A stretch of DNA of 64,000 bases, from the NCBI GenBank assembly GCA_047967505.1, contig CM106538.1; one strand, given 5' to 3'. This stretch comes from Dipteris shenzhenensis (Eukaryota). Below the pieces are notes generated by a model. It saw only the letters and a program-made list of their open reading frames with translations. It was not told the DNA's origin and did not search any database. Below are positions 36,389 to 50,379 of this stretch, in pieces; the stretch's first letter is position 1, and every line of letters starts with the position of its first letter. The position numbers and the translations under genes are program-made.

Positions 36389-36899
36389 GCTTGAGTCTCG
36401 ATTCCTTGCATTTTTGAAATACAACCACAAATGCTCTATGTGATCTGATTTCTTTCTTGCTTTCTTTTTTACATTCTCATTCCACCTTTGTTGTGTAGAA
36501 CTATCTTCATCCTCTTCTTCTGAGGTCTGATGCCTTCTTGTCGAATTTCTTCCAAACTATCTCAGGCTTTTTGAACAAAACTTGGTGCTTTTGTTAGATA
36601 CTATTGCGCAATGTGTCGTCTACCTCAAATAGTGGCACAATAGAAGGATTTGCATGGAGGAATTCTTACTCCTCCTCGTTGATCCATTTTCCTCAACATA
36701 TTCACACATTGCGCAATGAGGCGTCTGTTTTCCTTCTTCTTTAAGGCCACCCTTCGGGATTAGACCTTGTGATCTCCTGGTTGTGACTCATGTGTCATGG
36801 GGAAGTTCACCAATACACCGAGGGCACTCCCTCCTTGAGTCCCTTGATGAGGAACAATGCAAGGCTTGTCGTCCACTTGTGTCATGGAAGCAGCTTCCG

Positions 36900-37550
36900 A
36901 ATTGTTGCAATGTGACTCCATGAGGGAGGAAGAGGGGAAGGGGAGAAGGGAGAAGAGAGCGGGTGGGGGAAGGCAAGAGGGGAGAGAGGAAGGAAAGAAA
37001 GGGGAGAGGGCCTAGCAATCACAAAGGCACTGTGATAGGAAACAAGAGAACTCAAGACAACTCATGGAAGAGAGGAGGAGAGCTTATACTCCAAATGTGT
37101 GCAAACAACAATGGAGACCAAAGTCAAACCTTTGGCTATTTAGACATTCCACCTTTTAAGGGAGGGCCAACTCTATTCTTTCTTACCTATCTGTCTCTCT
37201 CTTCCTTATTTTTACAAGGTAGTTGCACCCATACGGCTCCAAGGTGGATTAATACTACCTCCTTTCATCCTCTCCATGTTCTCCATGCTATCTTGAAAAA
37301 TATGTCATTGTTAATTATGGCAGTTAACATGCCCCCATTCTTATTCACAATCTATCCATTGATCAGACTCTGTGCATGATGTCTAACTTGAAGGCATTGT
37401 TCATGATTCTGTGGTGGCAAATAGCCTTTGAGAGATGTGGCAAATGGATGAAGAGGCTACCAAAAGTGTGTGTCAAACATATCTTCGAAGGTCTAAATGT
37501 GGTGACCATGAAGATTGTGAACACCTAAGTACAGCCTCATAACCTGGGAC
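36900..37550 (-). repeat. LTR/3'-UTR-like repeat homologous to 42950-43600 (gypsy-associated)
   Basis: Shared blocks include gagagctt.tatactccaa, agtcaaac.tttggc.attta, tgtgcatgatgtctaa.ttga.ggc.ttgttcatgattc and gaccatgaagatt. Confidence 0.7.
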
Positions 37551-40287
37551 AATTGGGTGCCGATGTTGAGGTCAAACACTATCTCTAAGTGAAGCCATTG
37601 AAGATTCTCCTTCATTGTGGGCTGATGTCCCATAACAAATAGTGAATAGGCAGACAAAATGCATTGTGTCCGTTATTGCTAAAATAGGGACTACCGCAAA
37701 AGTGTTGTTAAATTCCTCCATTTGCATAGCGAGAGCGAGGAGGTGCCCACCTTTGGAAAATTTAGTTGGGGGAAGTTGTAGACTATTTTGGGGTCCAACG
37801 CCTCCATTGCTTCAAATTCCTTCCACCCCTGACGACTTTGGAGAGGCAAGTAGTTGGGGTCGATTCTTCGGTCTTGCCTAGTTGAGCAACAAGTTCACCA
37901 AAATGCCTCATGCTTTAAAAATGCTAGCTGCCATTGAGGTTGGAGCCTTGCTTCATGATCTATTTTGGGCACCTTATTGATATTGAGATGGATGTATCTC
38001 CCACATGTCTATTCAGGGTGGTGCCTTTGCCACATGTAAAAACTTCTCTGGAGGAGCTTTGTCAGGGCACGGACTTCCATTACATCTTTGCACCTTAGTT
38101 GGAATCTTTGCAATTTTTCCTGCCATTTGTTGACGTCAGAAATATCTTCGATCACCTTAAAGGATGTGATTGCTTGGTACCAGGTGTTATGGTCAAGCAA
38201 GGGCTCTTACAATAGGGAATCCTCTTCTTCCAATGGATTTTGGTTGACCTCCTTGTTATCTTCTCCTTCATATGGACCCTCGACGATGTTAGAGAAGAGC
38301 ATCGAATTTAATATTTTGTACCATGTCAAGGTGCCCAGTTCTTCTCGACCCTCTGGACAAATAGGCTCCTCAATGTGAGTGTGTGGTGGTGTGCAGTGAT
38401 GTGGTGTGTTGTGATGTAGATGGTTGTGAGGAACCAGAGGCAGTAGTGGTGGTAGGAGTTGCATTGAAGGAGAGTGTGAGGCCTTGGGTAGCTGAGTTAG
38501 GGATAGGGCGGGACAAAATAAAAATGGCCCACACCATATCAACATCAACTTCTTGGAGGAAGTGAATCATCAAACTGGTTAAAGCCACTTTCAATCATTT
38601 TCTATAGGTCTTCCACAATATTATTGAAGAGTACAATAATTCCAATTGGTTGATATTGGGAACCATAATAAGAAGCAAGAGACCTAGAGATGTATTGAGC
38701 ATTTTGCCGGCTATACTATTGCATAACCCAAGACCTTCGGTCAAGGAATGTGGATTGTAAGGTATGTCTTGCAAGTTGTTGGGCTTTACAAGTTCTAGTA
38801 TAGGTCTATCAAGTGGAAAAAGGAAGGAGTCTCGGAGGCTTTGACACCAAGCCATAAAAGTGTAGATAATGGGGTGGAAGTCAAGGGTGAGGATATCTAA
38901 GTCATCTGCCAAAACAATATCTCATGGAAATAGGCCATAGCTATTACTGGGTGGGCATGGGCATTAATACAATAGCGGAGGATATTGACGAAGACAGAGG
39001 GTAGCGGGTTAGCAAAGTTAATGCGATGCTATATGGTGGAGGTGGTAATTGTGTGGAGGTAATAGTTGAAGGTATCTTCAACCGTGCATGGTGTAAATGC
39101 ATGTGCAGTGGCACGTGTGGATGTTGACAAAAGTTGCTTGTGGAATTTGTAGAGGTCCTGTTTTGGAGGTGGAGGCAAGTAGCCAGCTTGTAGTTAATCC
39201 TGTAGCTGAAGAGCCCGCTCATTTTTTTGGCATAGGAGGGCATGGAGGTGCTCCATCTGGATGTCTTGCTGTACAAGTTGATCTTCTATGGCCACATTTC
39301 AAGCTTGTAGTGCCTCTTGTTGCTACTATCAATCAACAGTGGCTTGACATTAGAGTGCTTTCTGCCAAGGACTCCGCACATGATTTTTTCATGGCAAGGG
39401 CTAGCTTTCTTCCTATAGCTTCTCGTGAATTTGCTTGGCTCGCTCTATATGGCCTTGACTATTTCTCACTGCGTCCTTTCTTTGTCAAGATGCTTTTGTT
39501 TAGTATCTCTTCGGAGGTGTGCCACATGTGCGTGAAATGCCTATTGATCGGCATACTCCTACTTTTGTGTGAGGATAGTGCGGGGCATTTGAGTCATGGC
39601 TGCCAGGGCATCGATAAAGATGCACTCCATTTTTGGGGCATCCTTATTTGTCTTCATTAGGCGAGCATAACCGTCAGGAGAGGAGTAATCGGAGGAGGTG
39701 CATTGAGCTAGGGCTTCCATTTGAGCCCTCCACCTGTCCCTTGCCACTGTTCTTGATGGGCCTCTTTCCTTTGCTATCACTGTGCTTTTACGTTGCCCAT
39801 GGTAGCAAGGAGCTGCTCAGTTGTAATATTGATCGCCCGGCCTTCAATTCCTATTCCGAAAGGATGGGGAGGAGAGCTAGGTTTATGATCATGGAAGAAG
39901 TTCACAAGAGGAGTTTTCTCAATTGTTGGTGTCTCTGTGGCCTTGATGGTGTCCTTCAATCCCTGCTCCCTTTCTTTGAGTTGGTAGGCCTCTTTGTATT
40001 TCCTTTTTGGAGTGCTTCATAGTTTGCCTCAACATCGGCTTGTGATTCTTGGAGCTGGTGGCTTGACTGTCCTTTTGCCTTTTGCTTTGGGGATGGTGTT
40101 GGCCTCGTAGGGGTTGGCCTTGTAGGTGCTGGGACTAATAGCAATGAGCTATCCTTTGCTGCAACACCATAGTTATTCGTGGTTAATGGGTCTTTGGGCA
40201 ATTGATCCATAAAGGGCATAAACATCATCTGGTTGTTGATTTTGTATTGTGAGTGGCTGAACACTGCTAATAACTGCATGTACAAGT

Positions 40288-40744
40288 ACTCGAGTGCCAA
40301 CTCCCTTTAGTAAGAATACCTATGAAAATTTTGAGTATGAGATGAATTTAACAATATGCCATGAGTAAAAGTTAGTCAAATTAGCATGATTGTGTTCTAC
40401 ACTAAAAGAGCTTCAAATATGCCCTTACACCTTGAAGTTTTTGGTAGCACATGAGAAATTTACATAATTTGAAAGGAGTTGGGTTTTTATATTTTAGTGT
40501 TATTTTCTGTTTTAACCCCCCTCATCCAAAAGAACCCCCCTTGGGTCTCCATTATGCAAAATATATATAAATCTTAGATTCATTCATATTTTTGGAAGTA
40601 TAAACCTTATGCTTTGTGGTAGGGAGGACTGGAGATTGTCATATTTAAAAATTTTGTCTAAAATTCATGCATATCATATATGGGCGATACCCAAGATTTT
40701 GAATGATGGTAGTAAAATAATACATATTGAGTTGGCACCACAGG
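40288..40744 (-). mobile_element. Older copy of the MITE at 42142-42626, in inverted orientation
   Basis: Reverse complement aligns along its length with 42142-42626; degenerate termini gtgccaactc / gagttggcaccacagg. Confidence 0.8.
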
Positions 40745-41544
40745 TCGGGCGTGTGTAGGTAGGCCAACAGATTCTATTGGATCACATTGTGATGCTCCAT
40801 ATGAGAAACTTGACTAAGGAGATTCATTGCTTTGATGGCCTTGTAAATGGGGGGGTTTTTAGCCTGGTATTTGACGGTGTTGTGGTAGTACATTTGGAAG
40901 TCTTTAAGACCGCAATGGAATCGTGAATGCACCACCACTCCATTTGAAAGTAGCCAATTGGCACACCAAGGGGCATGAAGTGTGTAATTTGGACCCCATA
41001 TTTGGTGTAGTTCTCAATCATTTTTGAATCCACGATGAGGCACTTCTTTATGGGGTGGGAGGTAGAGAGCTAAGCAGATTGCTCAGGCTTGGGATTAGGT
41101 GGCAGTTCAGTGGGATCCGTCTGAAAGGGGAGGGGGATGGAGATGGTGCAGGAGCTGGAGGGTGTGGTAGAAGGTGGGAAGAAGGAGGAAGCTTCGATAC
41201 TCAGAATATCCCGTTCAAAATTAGAGATCAATTCATCGATGGAAAAGAGATCGTTGGTTTCCACGACACGTGTGGAATCTTTAGACATAGGTGGGGTGAG
41301 TGGGGAGGTAGTCTAAAAGGTAGTTGGAAGCTAGGGAATTTTTGTAAAAATTTTGGCAGCACTTCAGTACAACTGATAATACACTGACCAGAGAGTGGAC
41401 TGGCTGCTTATATAGAAAATTTGCTAACTCATCGGGTGGGTGTTAAACATGATGCCCTTTCAAAATGAAATTCTAGGCTCAAATTTGAGGCCTAACAAAA
41501 CTCACTGGAGGGTAGAATTTGATAATGGATTTGGTCTTGTTCCT

Positions 41545-41750
41545 TATAGCCTAGGACATTGAATAGTGATGGCACTTAGCCTAGGACCTTGAAGTGTGAT
41601 GGCACTTTCACATAACAGCATGGGGCAAGTTACATGAAATTGAATTGTGATGGCAGTTAGCCTAGGGCATTGCATTGTGATGGAACTTGGCCTAGGACAT
41701 TGAAGTGTGAAGGCACTTTCACATAAGAGCATGGGGCAAGTTACATGATT
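41545..41750. repeat. ~30-bp minisatellite (tgaagtgtgatggcacttagcctaggaca) with a higher-order repeat
   Basis: Units are directly visible; tcacataa.agcatggggcaagttacatga occurs twice. Confidence 0.85.
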
Positions 41751-42141
41751 TTTTTATAGCTTGCTATGGACTTGGTTAGATGGCACCTAGCCAGGTGGTT
41801 TTAGGACATTTAATAGCAAGCTAGCTCAATCATCATTGATTCCTACAAGACACCCCATGATGTGCTAATGAGTGTCCATTTATTTTGAAGAGCATTTTAC
41901 CCTTTTTTCCTCCAGGCACAACTTGCATTTGAACTTAATAGCCGTGATCAGACGAGAGTAAACAAACATCTGTTGCTTCTTATCTAAGAGTCTATATATG
42001 TGGCCTTTCTATAGGTAGGTCCCCAAAATGATCCTTAAATGCTTCCTTGTCTTTGTGTTGGGTTTGGTACATTGAAACACAAAATATGGGTTATCTTCAT
42101 CATTCTCCTTAGAGTTGGAGACAATTGAAAAGTTATCCACC

Positions 42142-42626
42142 CCTGGGGCACCAACTCAATATGTACAATGTTACTCTCCTCGTCCAAAATCTAGGGTATG
42201 GGGGGACAAGGTCCATATATAATATACATGGATTTTCTTTAAAATTTTCAAATATGCAAGGGAAAAATATGAAAATGTAATGTCCCCCCTCCCACAAAAC
42301 ATAAGGTATATACTTTGAAAAATATGCAAGATTTTAAGATTTGTACATATTTTTCATAATATGTGAGGCCCAAGGGGGGGGTCTTTTGGATGAGGGGGAC
42401 CAAAACAAAAAATACACTAAAATATGAAAACCCATCTCCTTTCAAATTAAGGTAACTTTTTCATGTGTTACTCGAATTTCAAGATGTAAAGACATATTTG
42501 AAGCTGTTTTAGTGTAGAAGACAACCGTGTTAATTTGAATAATTTCTACTCATGGCATATTGTCAAATTCATCTCATACTCAAGATTTTGATAGTTTTTC
42601 TGACTAGAGGGAGTTGGTGCCCCAGG
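42142..42626 (+). mobile_element. MITE with perfect 16-bp TIRs and an 8-bp TSD
   Basis: CCTGGGGCACCAACTC ... GAGTTGGTGCCCCAGG, flanked by TATCCACC at 42134-42141 and 42627-42634. Confidence 0.93.
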
Positions 42627-42674
42627 TATCCACCTCTTCCAGTGCATCAATGAGTCATTGAATTCATCCCCAAA

Positions 42675-42890
42675 CTATGGTCCACTATTTGTCTCTTCAA
42701 CATAGTCATAATATAGAGGGTAAATCTTGCATAGCTTCCATTCTTTCATAGTTGCAATGTTGTCACAATTCTCAAAATCTCCCATGATGCATGCATTACA
42801 AAAACAAGAAAGCTGTCGTGTTTTGTAGCTGACAGTGACTCCATGTGTCATAAGGATCTTGGAGGAATGCTGATGGAGAATCCACTTTGA
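42675..42890 (-). pseudogene. Fragment resembling the C-terminal Cys-rich part of a Sola2-like transposase
   Basis: TRQLSCFCNACIMGDFENCDN...EW motif. Confidence 0.45.
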
Positions 42891-42949
42891 GCAACTCATT
42901 CGGAGAGATTTGCAAGCACGAGCCTAACACTTATGTCACTCAAGTGTCT

Positions 42950-45900
42950 ATTGGATTGTGTCAGTGTGATTCCATGAGAGTGAAGAGGGAAGGGAAACAG
43001 AAGAAGGGAAGGAAAGAGGGGGGGAATGTGGAAGAGAAGGAGTGAAGGGGGGGGGGAGTGGCAATCACAAGGGAACACACAATGGAAAGCAAGAAGTCTC
43101 ACTCAAGAAGATAGAGAGAATGAGAGAGCTTGTATTCCAAGAGTTGCAAGTATGCAATGAAGACATAAGTCAAACTTTTGGCCATTTATACATTTCTGCC
43201 TTTTGAAGGGAGGGCTAACCCTATACTCTCTTTCACCTCTCTCAATCTCTTTTACAAGCACTTGGGCCCATATGGCTGCAAGATGGATATCATATAGCCT
43301 ACCTCACATCCTCTCCTACTTCTCTACTTTATCTTTATAGCCACCTAGTGCTTGCATGAACTTTTAACCATGGTGATTAACATGCTCCCGTTCCTGCTCA
43401 CAATCCATCCCTGGATTGTGTCTTGTGCATGATGTCTAATTTGAGGGCGTTGTTCATGATTCAATGATGATGAAATAATATGTGGGAGATTCTACAAAAT
43501 AAATGGAGTCTTTGAAAAATGTGTCTTGAACATGTCTTCAAAGGTCTAGATATAATGACCATGAAGATTTCGAACATGGATGTAGGGGCACATTACTTGG
43601 GAAAATGGCACTACCCCCATTTTAGAGGCAGGTTCTTGTGGTACTACTACTGTCTTGCTTGTAGATGATACCAATGGCTACTTGGTATCAACGGGGAATT
43701 TACAAGAAGCTAGATGCGACCATTGTTTATTAATATTGCGTTGCATTCCTACCAAGCGATTTGGCAGTTAAGTACCCAGCACCCACCAGGTTCTTCCAAG
43801 GATTACCTATTCATCCATGGCATTGTAGGCATCACATACATCGGCTACCTATGCTATGGTTATTTATTGATATGAGCAATTCCACACAACCTATAGCAGG
43901 CGAGGTCTGATTGTTGATTGTGTGTACCATGACAAAAGTAGGTTCAAGTATTACCTCAGATGTTCGGGTGCATGCCTCATAGGATATTAGGTTATGTCTT
44001 GGCCTGAGGTCCACAAAGGCTTTCATGGAGCAAATGGTCTCCCTACACAGTTGAAAATCCACCCGCACCTTGGCTGGTGCAATGGTTAGATCATCCATGG
44101 GGTTTAACCATTCCATGGATGGTTTGCAAATCGCTACAAGCCCTAAGTGTTTTGCCTTGGCTTGCCTAGCTCTCGCTTCCTCGATTTCTTATCATTTAAT
44201 GCAAGCGACTTCTCTTTTCAGCTCTTTTTCTCAATGGAGGTCTTGCAATGTTTGAAGTGCTAAGGGACCATAATATCATTTGAGCTTACTACCATTGATG
44301 TAATCATCCATCTCAACTCCATCAAGGGTCGCGTGAGGGAACCATATTATGGATGTCAACTCCACCTTGAGGGAATGAATTGGCCAAGAAGTGTCTGATC
44401 TCCTGTGACCATTCTAGAATTAGGTTTATGAGGAATAGTAGGGAATTTCGAAGATCATCTTCCAGTCCTCTCCTGGCTTCATTGGGAATATGGGACAAGC
44501 GGTCACCCATAAAGTGGGTGTGATCCTTGCCTACAGCTACGATGAAATCAAATTCTAGAAGGATAAGCATCCACTGTGTGATGCATCTAGTCGTGCATTA
44601 TTTATTAACCAAGTAGAGGAGGGCCTAATGTTTACAAAGAAGACAAACATGTATGCCAACAAGTAGTGCCTATAAGCTTCTTCATAGCATAAACCATTGT
44701 GAGTCCTTCCCTCTTAGTCATTGTATAATTCATTTCTATGCCATTAAGTTGGCAACGTGTAAAATATATCAGATAATCTAGATTATACTCACCTGGTTGC
44801 ACCAACATGCACCTTATTGTGAGATTAGAAGCATCAATATGAACATGGAATACAAAATCCCTCACAAGATCAAGGTGAAATCTAAAACAAGTTTAAGAGT
44901 TTCATAGGAGGTTTGGCACTCCTCCATCCAATGAAAAATGATCAACAACTTATACAAAGGATGAGAAATCTTGGCATAATTGTAGATAAAATATGTGATA
45001 ATAGCCCGTATGCCCAGTAAATCTCTATACACCCTTTGCATTAGTGGGGGGTGGTAGCTCTAGGATGAGTTTGATTTTATTATAGTTCGTGGAGATTCCA
45101 TTCTTGGACAAAACATGTCCAAGTATAACCCCGTGTTTAACCCAAAAAGTGGTCATCCCAATTGGAATGAACAGACAAATCATCTAGAAAAACTTCTAGA
45201 AGTCCCTCAAATTGTGTTTAAAAGCCATGATCATTAGTCTTTGGAATGTTGCGGGAGCATTGGTGAGCCCAAAGAGCATCACCTTGGAAGCATAGACTCT
45301 CGATTCCATGGCAAATGCAATTTTGTGCTGATCCTCTGGTACTATAGTCACTTGATTATATCTAGAGAATGCATCTAGGAAGCTATAAGCCTCCTTTCTG
45401 GTGACTCTTTCTAGCACATGCTCTATTAAGGGCAACATGTAGTGGTCCTTTCGAGTCATGGCATTTACCTTTTTAAGATCTATGCATACTCAGATCTTAT
45501 GCTTATCTTTTAGAACAATTATGATTGGGTAAAACCAATTTGTATGCTCGATCTCATATATGAATTCTACATTGATTAAGTTCTATATCTCTTCTCTTAT
45601 AATCATATATTTTGGATTTATTGGGTAGGGTCTCTACCTCACCGGTCTAATATCATCCATCATAGGGATGGTATGCTGGATGACCTTGGGTGGCATGCCC
45701 TTCATATTGGTTTACTCATGTAGGAGGGAAATTAGAGCCTTTTCTTGCTCAAGGGTCAGGTCATCAACTTTGTAGACTAGTTTAGGGTCTTCGCCTTCTA
45801 TGGCAAGGTCCACTTCCTTGACGTTAGCGCATTGACCTTAGCCGACGGACCATCATAACCATGTTGATTCCCTTCCTACTATGCCGATCTTTTAGCTTGC

Positions 45901-46390
45901 TCAAGAAGTATTTTGTGGTCCTAGACTCTATAAGCTTTAAAGTGCTTGGGGATCTGGCCTAAGTTAGCCTCCTCTTCTTTTTCACCCTACAAGGCTTTTG
46001 GGGGTAGGTTGCTCCTCCTTAGGAGAAGTCTTGGTATTTTTGGTCTTTGGGGTCTTGTCTTTCCATGGAGATTTAGCTTCCAATGGGGCCTTAGTCATGG
46101 CTAAAGAGGTTTCCTTAGCTTTAACAGATCCTAGGGGGCCTTAATCCTATCCAACCTGGCTCCCCAATTAAAAGAGATGTCATGGTGTGTCGTAATGTCA
46201 ACCAGTGGAGATCCATCTTTACTTTTCATACCCCTTGGCCATCCTCTAGTGCCCTCAAGATATTGATCATATTTCAGGGGACTATAGCCGAGGAGGACTA
46301 GTTGAAGACCTATTGCATGCATGAAGGGTCTTCCTAGAATGACATCATAAACATCTAGTTGTCCATGGAAATCCATTATGATGAATCAAA
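42950..46390 (-). mobile_element. Decayed Ty3/gypsy element (PR-RT-RH, integrase not seen, second protease-like domain downstream)
   Basis: YDVILGRPFM (PR); TRKDHYMLP...SFLDAFSRYNQV...MLFGLTNAPATFQRLM (RT); FHVHIDASN...NYTMTKREGLTMVYA, WMLILLEFDF (RH); LTR-like repeat at 42950-43600. Confidence 0.85.
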
Positions 46391-47599
46391 CATGGTAGGA
46401 AATCAAACATAAGTTATGAAATAGAATAGTTAAGCAAGTCAAACTACATGGGGCAATCACTACCATATTTTCCATGCTTCATATATAGTTTGTGGTTCAT
46501 AAGCATCCTAACAATGTGGGGAAATTCATAAAATAGAGTGAGTACAAATAGTATGCATTCATAAAATCGTATGCAAATTTCTCCATTCATAGAATAATAT
46601 GCAATTCTTTATAATCAACTAAAAATAGAGCCAAGGTTTGCTATAATACTTGCTTGTGCTTGGAATGACATGCTTGAAAAATAGACTCCAATAGCTAAGG
46701 ATTAGAAATAGAAAATGAAGATCTAAGAAGACCAAGTAAAAAAAGATATATGAAGACCAAGTAGAAAATGGAGATATAAGAAGACCAAGTACAAAATGGA
46801 GATGTGAAACTATAACACTAGAGCTAGATGAGCAAATGGTGGGGGGAAATGGCGAGGAGCTTGTTTATGTATTTGTAACATCTACTTTTTTTCCCAAGCC
46901 TGTTTGAGTCGTTTTAGACCCAAATAGCTAAAAAAAAGAGTCATTAAATGATCATTTAACGACTCATTTTTTAAAAACCATATTTTGAGTCTCTAAACTA
47001 CTCAAAATTTTCCCTGGGCTTAGGTTCTTAAAATGACTCAATTTGAGTCATTACTGGTGTTGGGGGGTAGTGACTAGATGAGTACGACTTTGGTAACAAT
47101 TCTAAATTTAAAAAAGATTTCTGTAGGTTTGTGCCACTTATGTAGTTATAGGTGGATTCTGTAGTCATGGAGGTGAAGTGAGGGTGAAGGTGGATGAAGT
47201 AGAAAGGAGAAACAAATATGATAGTAACACCATCAATGGGACACAAAATTTGCACAACATATGGGGCTTTTCAAACAACCATCTTTGCCTCAAAACACGT
47301 GTTAATTGCCATGGTTAATAGTTCATGCAAGTGCCAAGTAGCTGTAAAAATAAAGCAGAAATGCTCTCATATAACAATGTATACCATATTCCTTAGATGA
47401 GTAGGAAAAAGATATTGGAAGCCTCATACTTGAAGCCATTATAATCAATAATAAATTAATCTCTAATACATTATCAAATATGGGAAGGCAAGGGAGGGAT
47501 TTTCAAAATATTCCCAATTCTCGAAACCTAAGTACTTTTAAGGAAATGTGGTCTCTATTGAACTCCTTCCTACCATAATATGAATTAGGGAGAAGTTGT

Positions 47600-47985
47600 A
47601 ACTCTCATAAACATCTTGAAATTTTCAATTTTTCTCTTTTATACCTATAAAAAGCATAATTTTAAGCCTACCATTGCATAGATCATGAAATTTTGAACAT
47701 TTTTCCTTTTTACAACTCCTCAATCTGAGCTAAGGAGCAAAAGTTATGACCCCTTCTATGTAGGCTCTCCAAGGGTATTCTGCCAACGGAATAGGGTTGG
47801 GGAAAGCTCTTCAAATAATATTCCTCTAGAAAAATGCACTTATAGGGTCTATTACAAAGGTATTATATATTTTGCTTAGCTCATTCTGAGGAACTGTAAA
47901 GAGGATATTTGCTCAAAATTTCATGATCCAACCAATGGTGAAAAGAAAAGAAAGGATTTTTGAAAGTCATAAAATTAGTCACGAC
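47600..47985. repeat. Foldback/MITE-like inverted repeat
   Basis: ccattg...gatcatgaaattttgaaca...tttacaactcctcaatctgagctaag (47672-47735) is inverted at 47873-47938. Confidence 0.65.
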
Positions 47986-49179
47986 TTGGACATTATATAT
48001 GTATATTATATAAAGATATATTTATATCTATATCTATTTTTCAATATTTCATATTAACTTATATATCCCTTGAAATAATTTCGAATTTTTTGCTCCCCAA
48101 AAATGACGAGCCTATATATTTTGACCTCTCCCACCTTTTGTCAGCTCGTCGCTCGGCGGGTTTTGCTTGGAAAATGGAAACCCCATATCTTTTCCAACCA
48201 TTACAAAAGCTATGAGAAATACTTTAATGAAAAAAAAATTAAAATGAGATTCTATTTGAGCATGCTAGTTTTACAAACCATATCTATGCAAAGTGAAAAA
48301 GAACACTTTAATGAATATATTTAGTAAATAGTAGTTTTAGTACCAACCATTGCACAAGCTAGGAAAAACACTTTAATGAATATAAAGTTCAAATGCAATT
48401 TGCTTGAGACCCTAGGTTTGCAAACCATTATCAAAGATAATAAAACTCTAGTTTATTGACAATGTGGTACTTGTATTCTATAATTAATGTCATCTTTAAT
48501 TTCCTAATTGCACTAGTTCATGTGGATGTCTTATATGTAAAACACTCTTCTCTTGCATTTAGTATCCTAACAATTTTCAAGTTTCTATTATGATAGAATG
48601 CAGGAGAAAAGCATGTGTGGAAAAGCCCATGAGACCTTTGAGTGTATCAAAAGCTGCATGGAGTTTCTTTCGTAAAGAAATAAAAAACAAAAAGGTAACT
48701 TGTAACTCATCATATTAAATTTCATATATCACATATGCACCTTGAAATTCATTGTATTTACACACGTCATAAGTTCCATTCTTTTGAACACTTCATTTTA
48801 CCTTTATGTAGACATGGACAACCAAAAGGGTGCAACAAGAAAAAGAATAAAAAAGGGGATAGTGCAATGATTGGTCAAAGGAGGAAAGCAAACCTTTCTT
48901 GCTTAATTTGTGAGTATAAGTATATTTTAAAAATATTCTTTAACTCAATAATCCATATTTATATGAAAATAACAATCTTCAATTTAATTTAGGCAAAGGA
49001 TTATGGATGGGACCCTATAAAGTAGGAAATGGGAGAGGCTACCCCACTTGGATATCTTGCTCTTCGCAGGAGGCTACATGACATGGGTGTCATTCCTTTG
49101 CAGGCTAATATGTTTACTTCCTTTCATTGATGTTTACATCTATAACTTGGATTCAAATTTATGGGCTTTTAGTGTGAGG

Positions 49180-49350
49180 CTGAAAGTTTTCACCATAATA
49201 TCCCTCAAAACCCCTACTGATTGGGCTATCGCTCCATCGACTAACTTGACAACCAAAATTTATGCTTTCAATTTTAGGTCTTGCCCACTTGGCCCAGCAT
49301 TGGTTGGTGATAATGCTAACACCTAGGTGCCCCTCCATCCAAGATTGTTG
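49180..49350 (-). mobile_element. Gypsy-type aspartic protease relic
   Basis: Frameshifted DGG-GVSIITNQCW...VKLVDGAIAQSVGVLRDIMVK. Confidence 0.5.
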
Positions 49351-49921
49351 TAGCGCTCTTATTTCGGTAGGTGATCGAGAGCATAGCATTTGTATCATCA
49401 CTTTCGAAATACTGGCTTGCTTTGCCCTTGATTTCTATTGTTGCTTTATTTTCTTTGCATCCTTGTACTCTTTGACAGTGTCTACATATTTTTCTTGATG
49501 GGTCAGCTGTGTCAATGTCTCTGCATTGACATCCTCATGTCCCGGAGATAAATAAACTAGACGCACATGCAAAAAGTAGCATAAAGCATTGCCACCTGCC
49601 CTCATTTGCAATGTCATTTAAGAAATAGAAAAGCAAACATGTTTCCTATAGAAGCATGTACCATTTTTCGATAGGAAATCTGAGTATGAAATATGATGGT
49701 TCTAGGGACGTTGTTAATTCAGCAAGAGTGTTTGCAAATATTTCGTTGGTTTGAAGTGCTGCTACTCTTCTCTAGTCTCAAGTTGATTTATTCCTTGTTG
49801 ATATAAGTGGAATTTGCAGACTCCACTCCACTTCAAATCTCACCTCTTTTGGCATCTGTTTGAAGTGCTTCTGCTCTGAGGCTATTTTTGAGAGATAGAA
49901 TGCAAAGAAATAACCAGGAGC

Positions 49922-49923
<2 letters not shown>

Positions 49924-49987
<64 letters not shown>

Positions 49988-50030
49988 AGGGAGGGAGGGA
50001 GGGAGGGAGGGAGGGAGGGAGGGAGGGAGG

Positions 50031-50080
<50 letters not shown>
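49924..50080. repeat. (GA)n(GGGA)n(GA)n compound microsatellite
   Basis: Directly visible. Confidence 0.98.
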
Positions 50081-50082
<2 letters not shown>

Positions 50083-50379
50083 CCAAGTTGCATATTCAAA
50101 GAGGGAGGTTTTAGAGACAGAGGTTTCAGAAAGAGGAGCGGGACTAGTAGTTACAGTATCTTTGTTAGTTATGCATCATGGACATGCGTGGTTTCATTTT
50201 TAAGTTTACACTCCTAACCAGTTTCACAATCTGTTTGAAAGATGCTTTTACAAGCATTGACAAAGCAATATCCATGGGCACTGCTTTTTAGTCCAGTCAA
50301 TCTGCTACCACCCTCCCCTCCCCCTCCTTGCGGATGGGTGGGGAGGTGAGGGAAAATCCCCCCTCTCCACTCAACCCTT

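Noticed and set aside
49778-50217. RE/SL-repeat ORFs
   Set aside because: Translations of the (GA)n(GGGA)n microsatellite.
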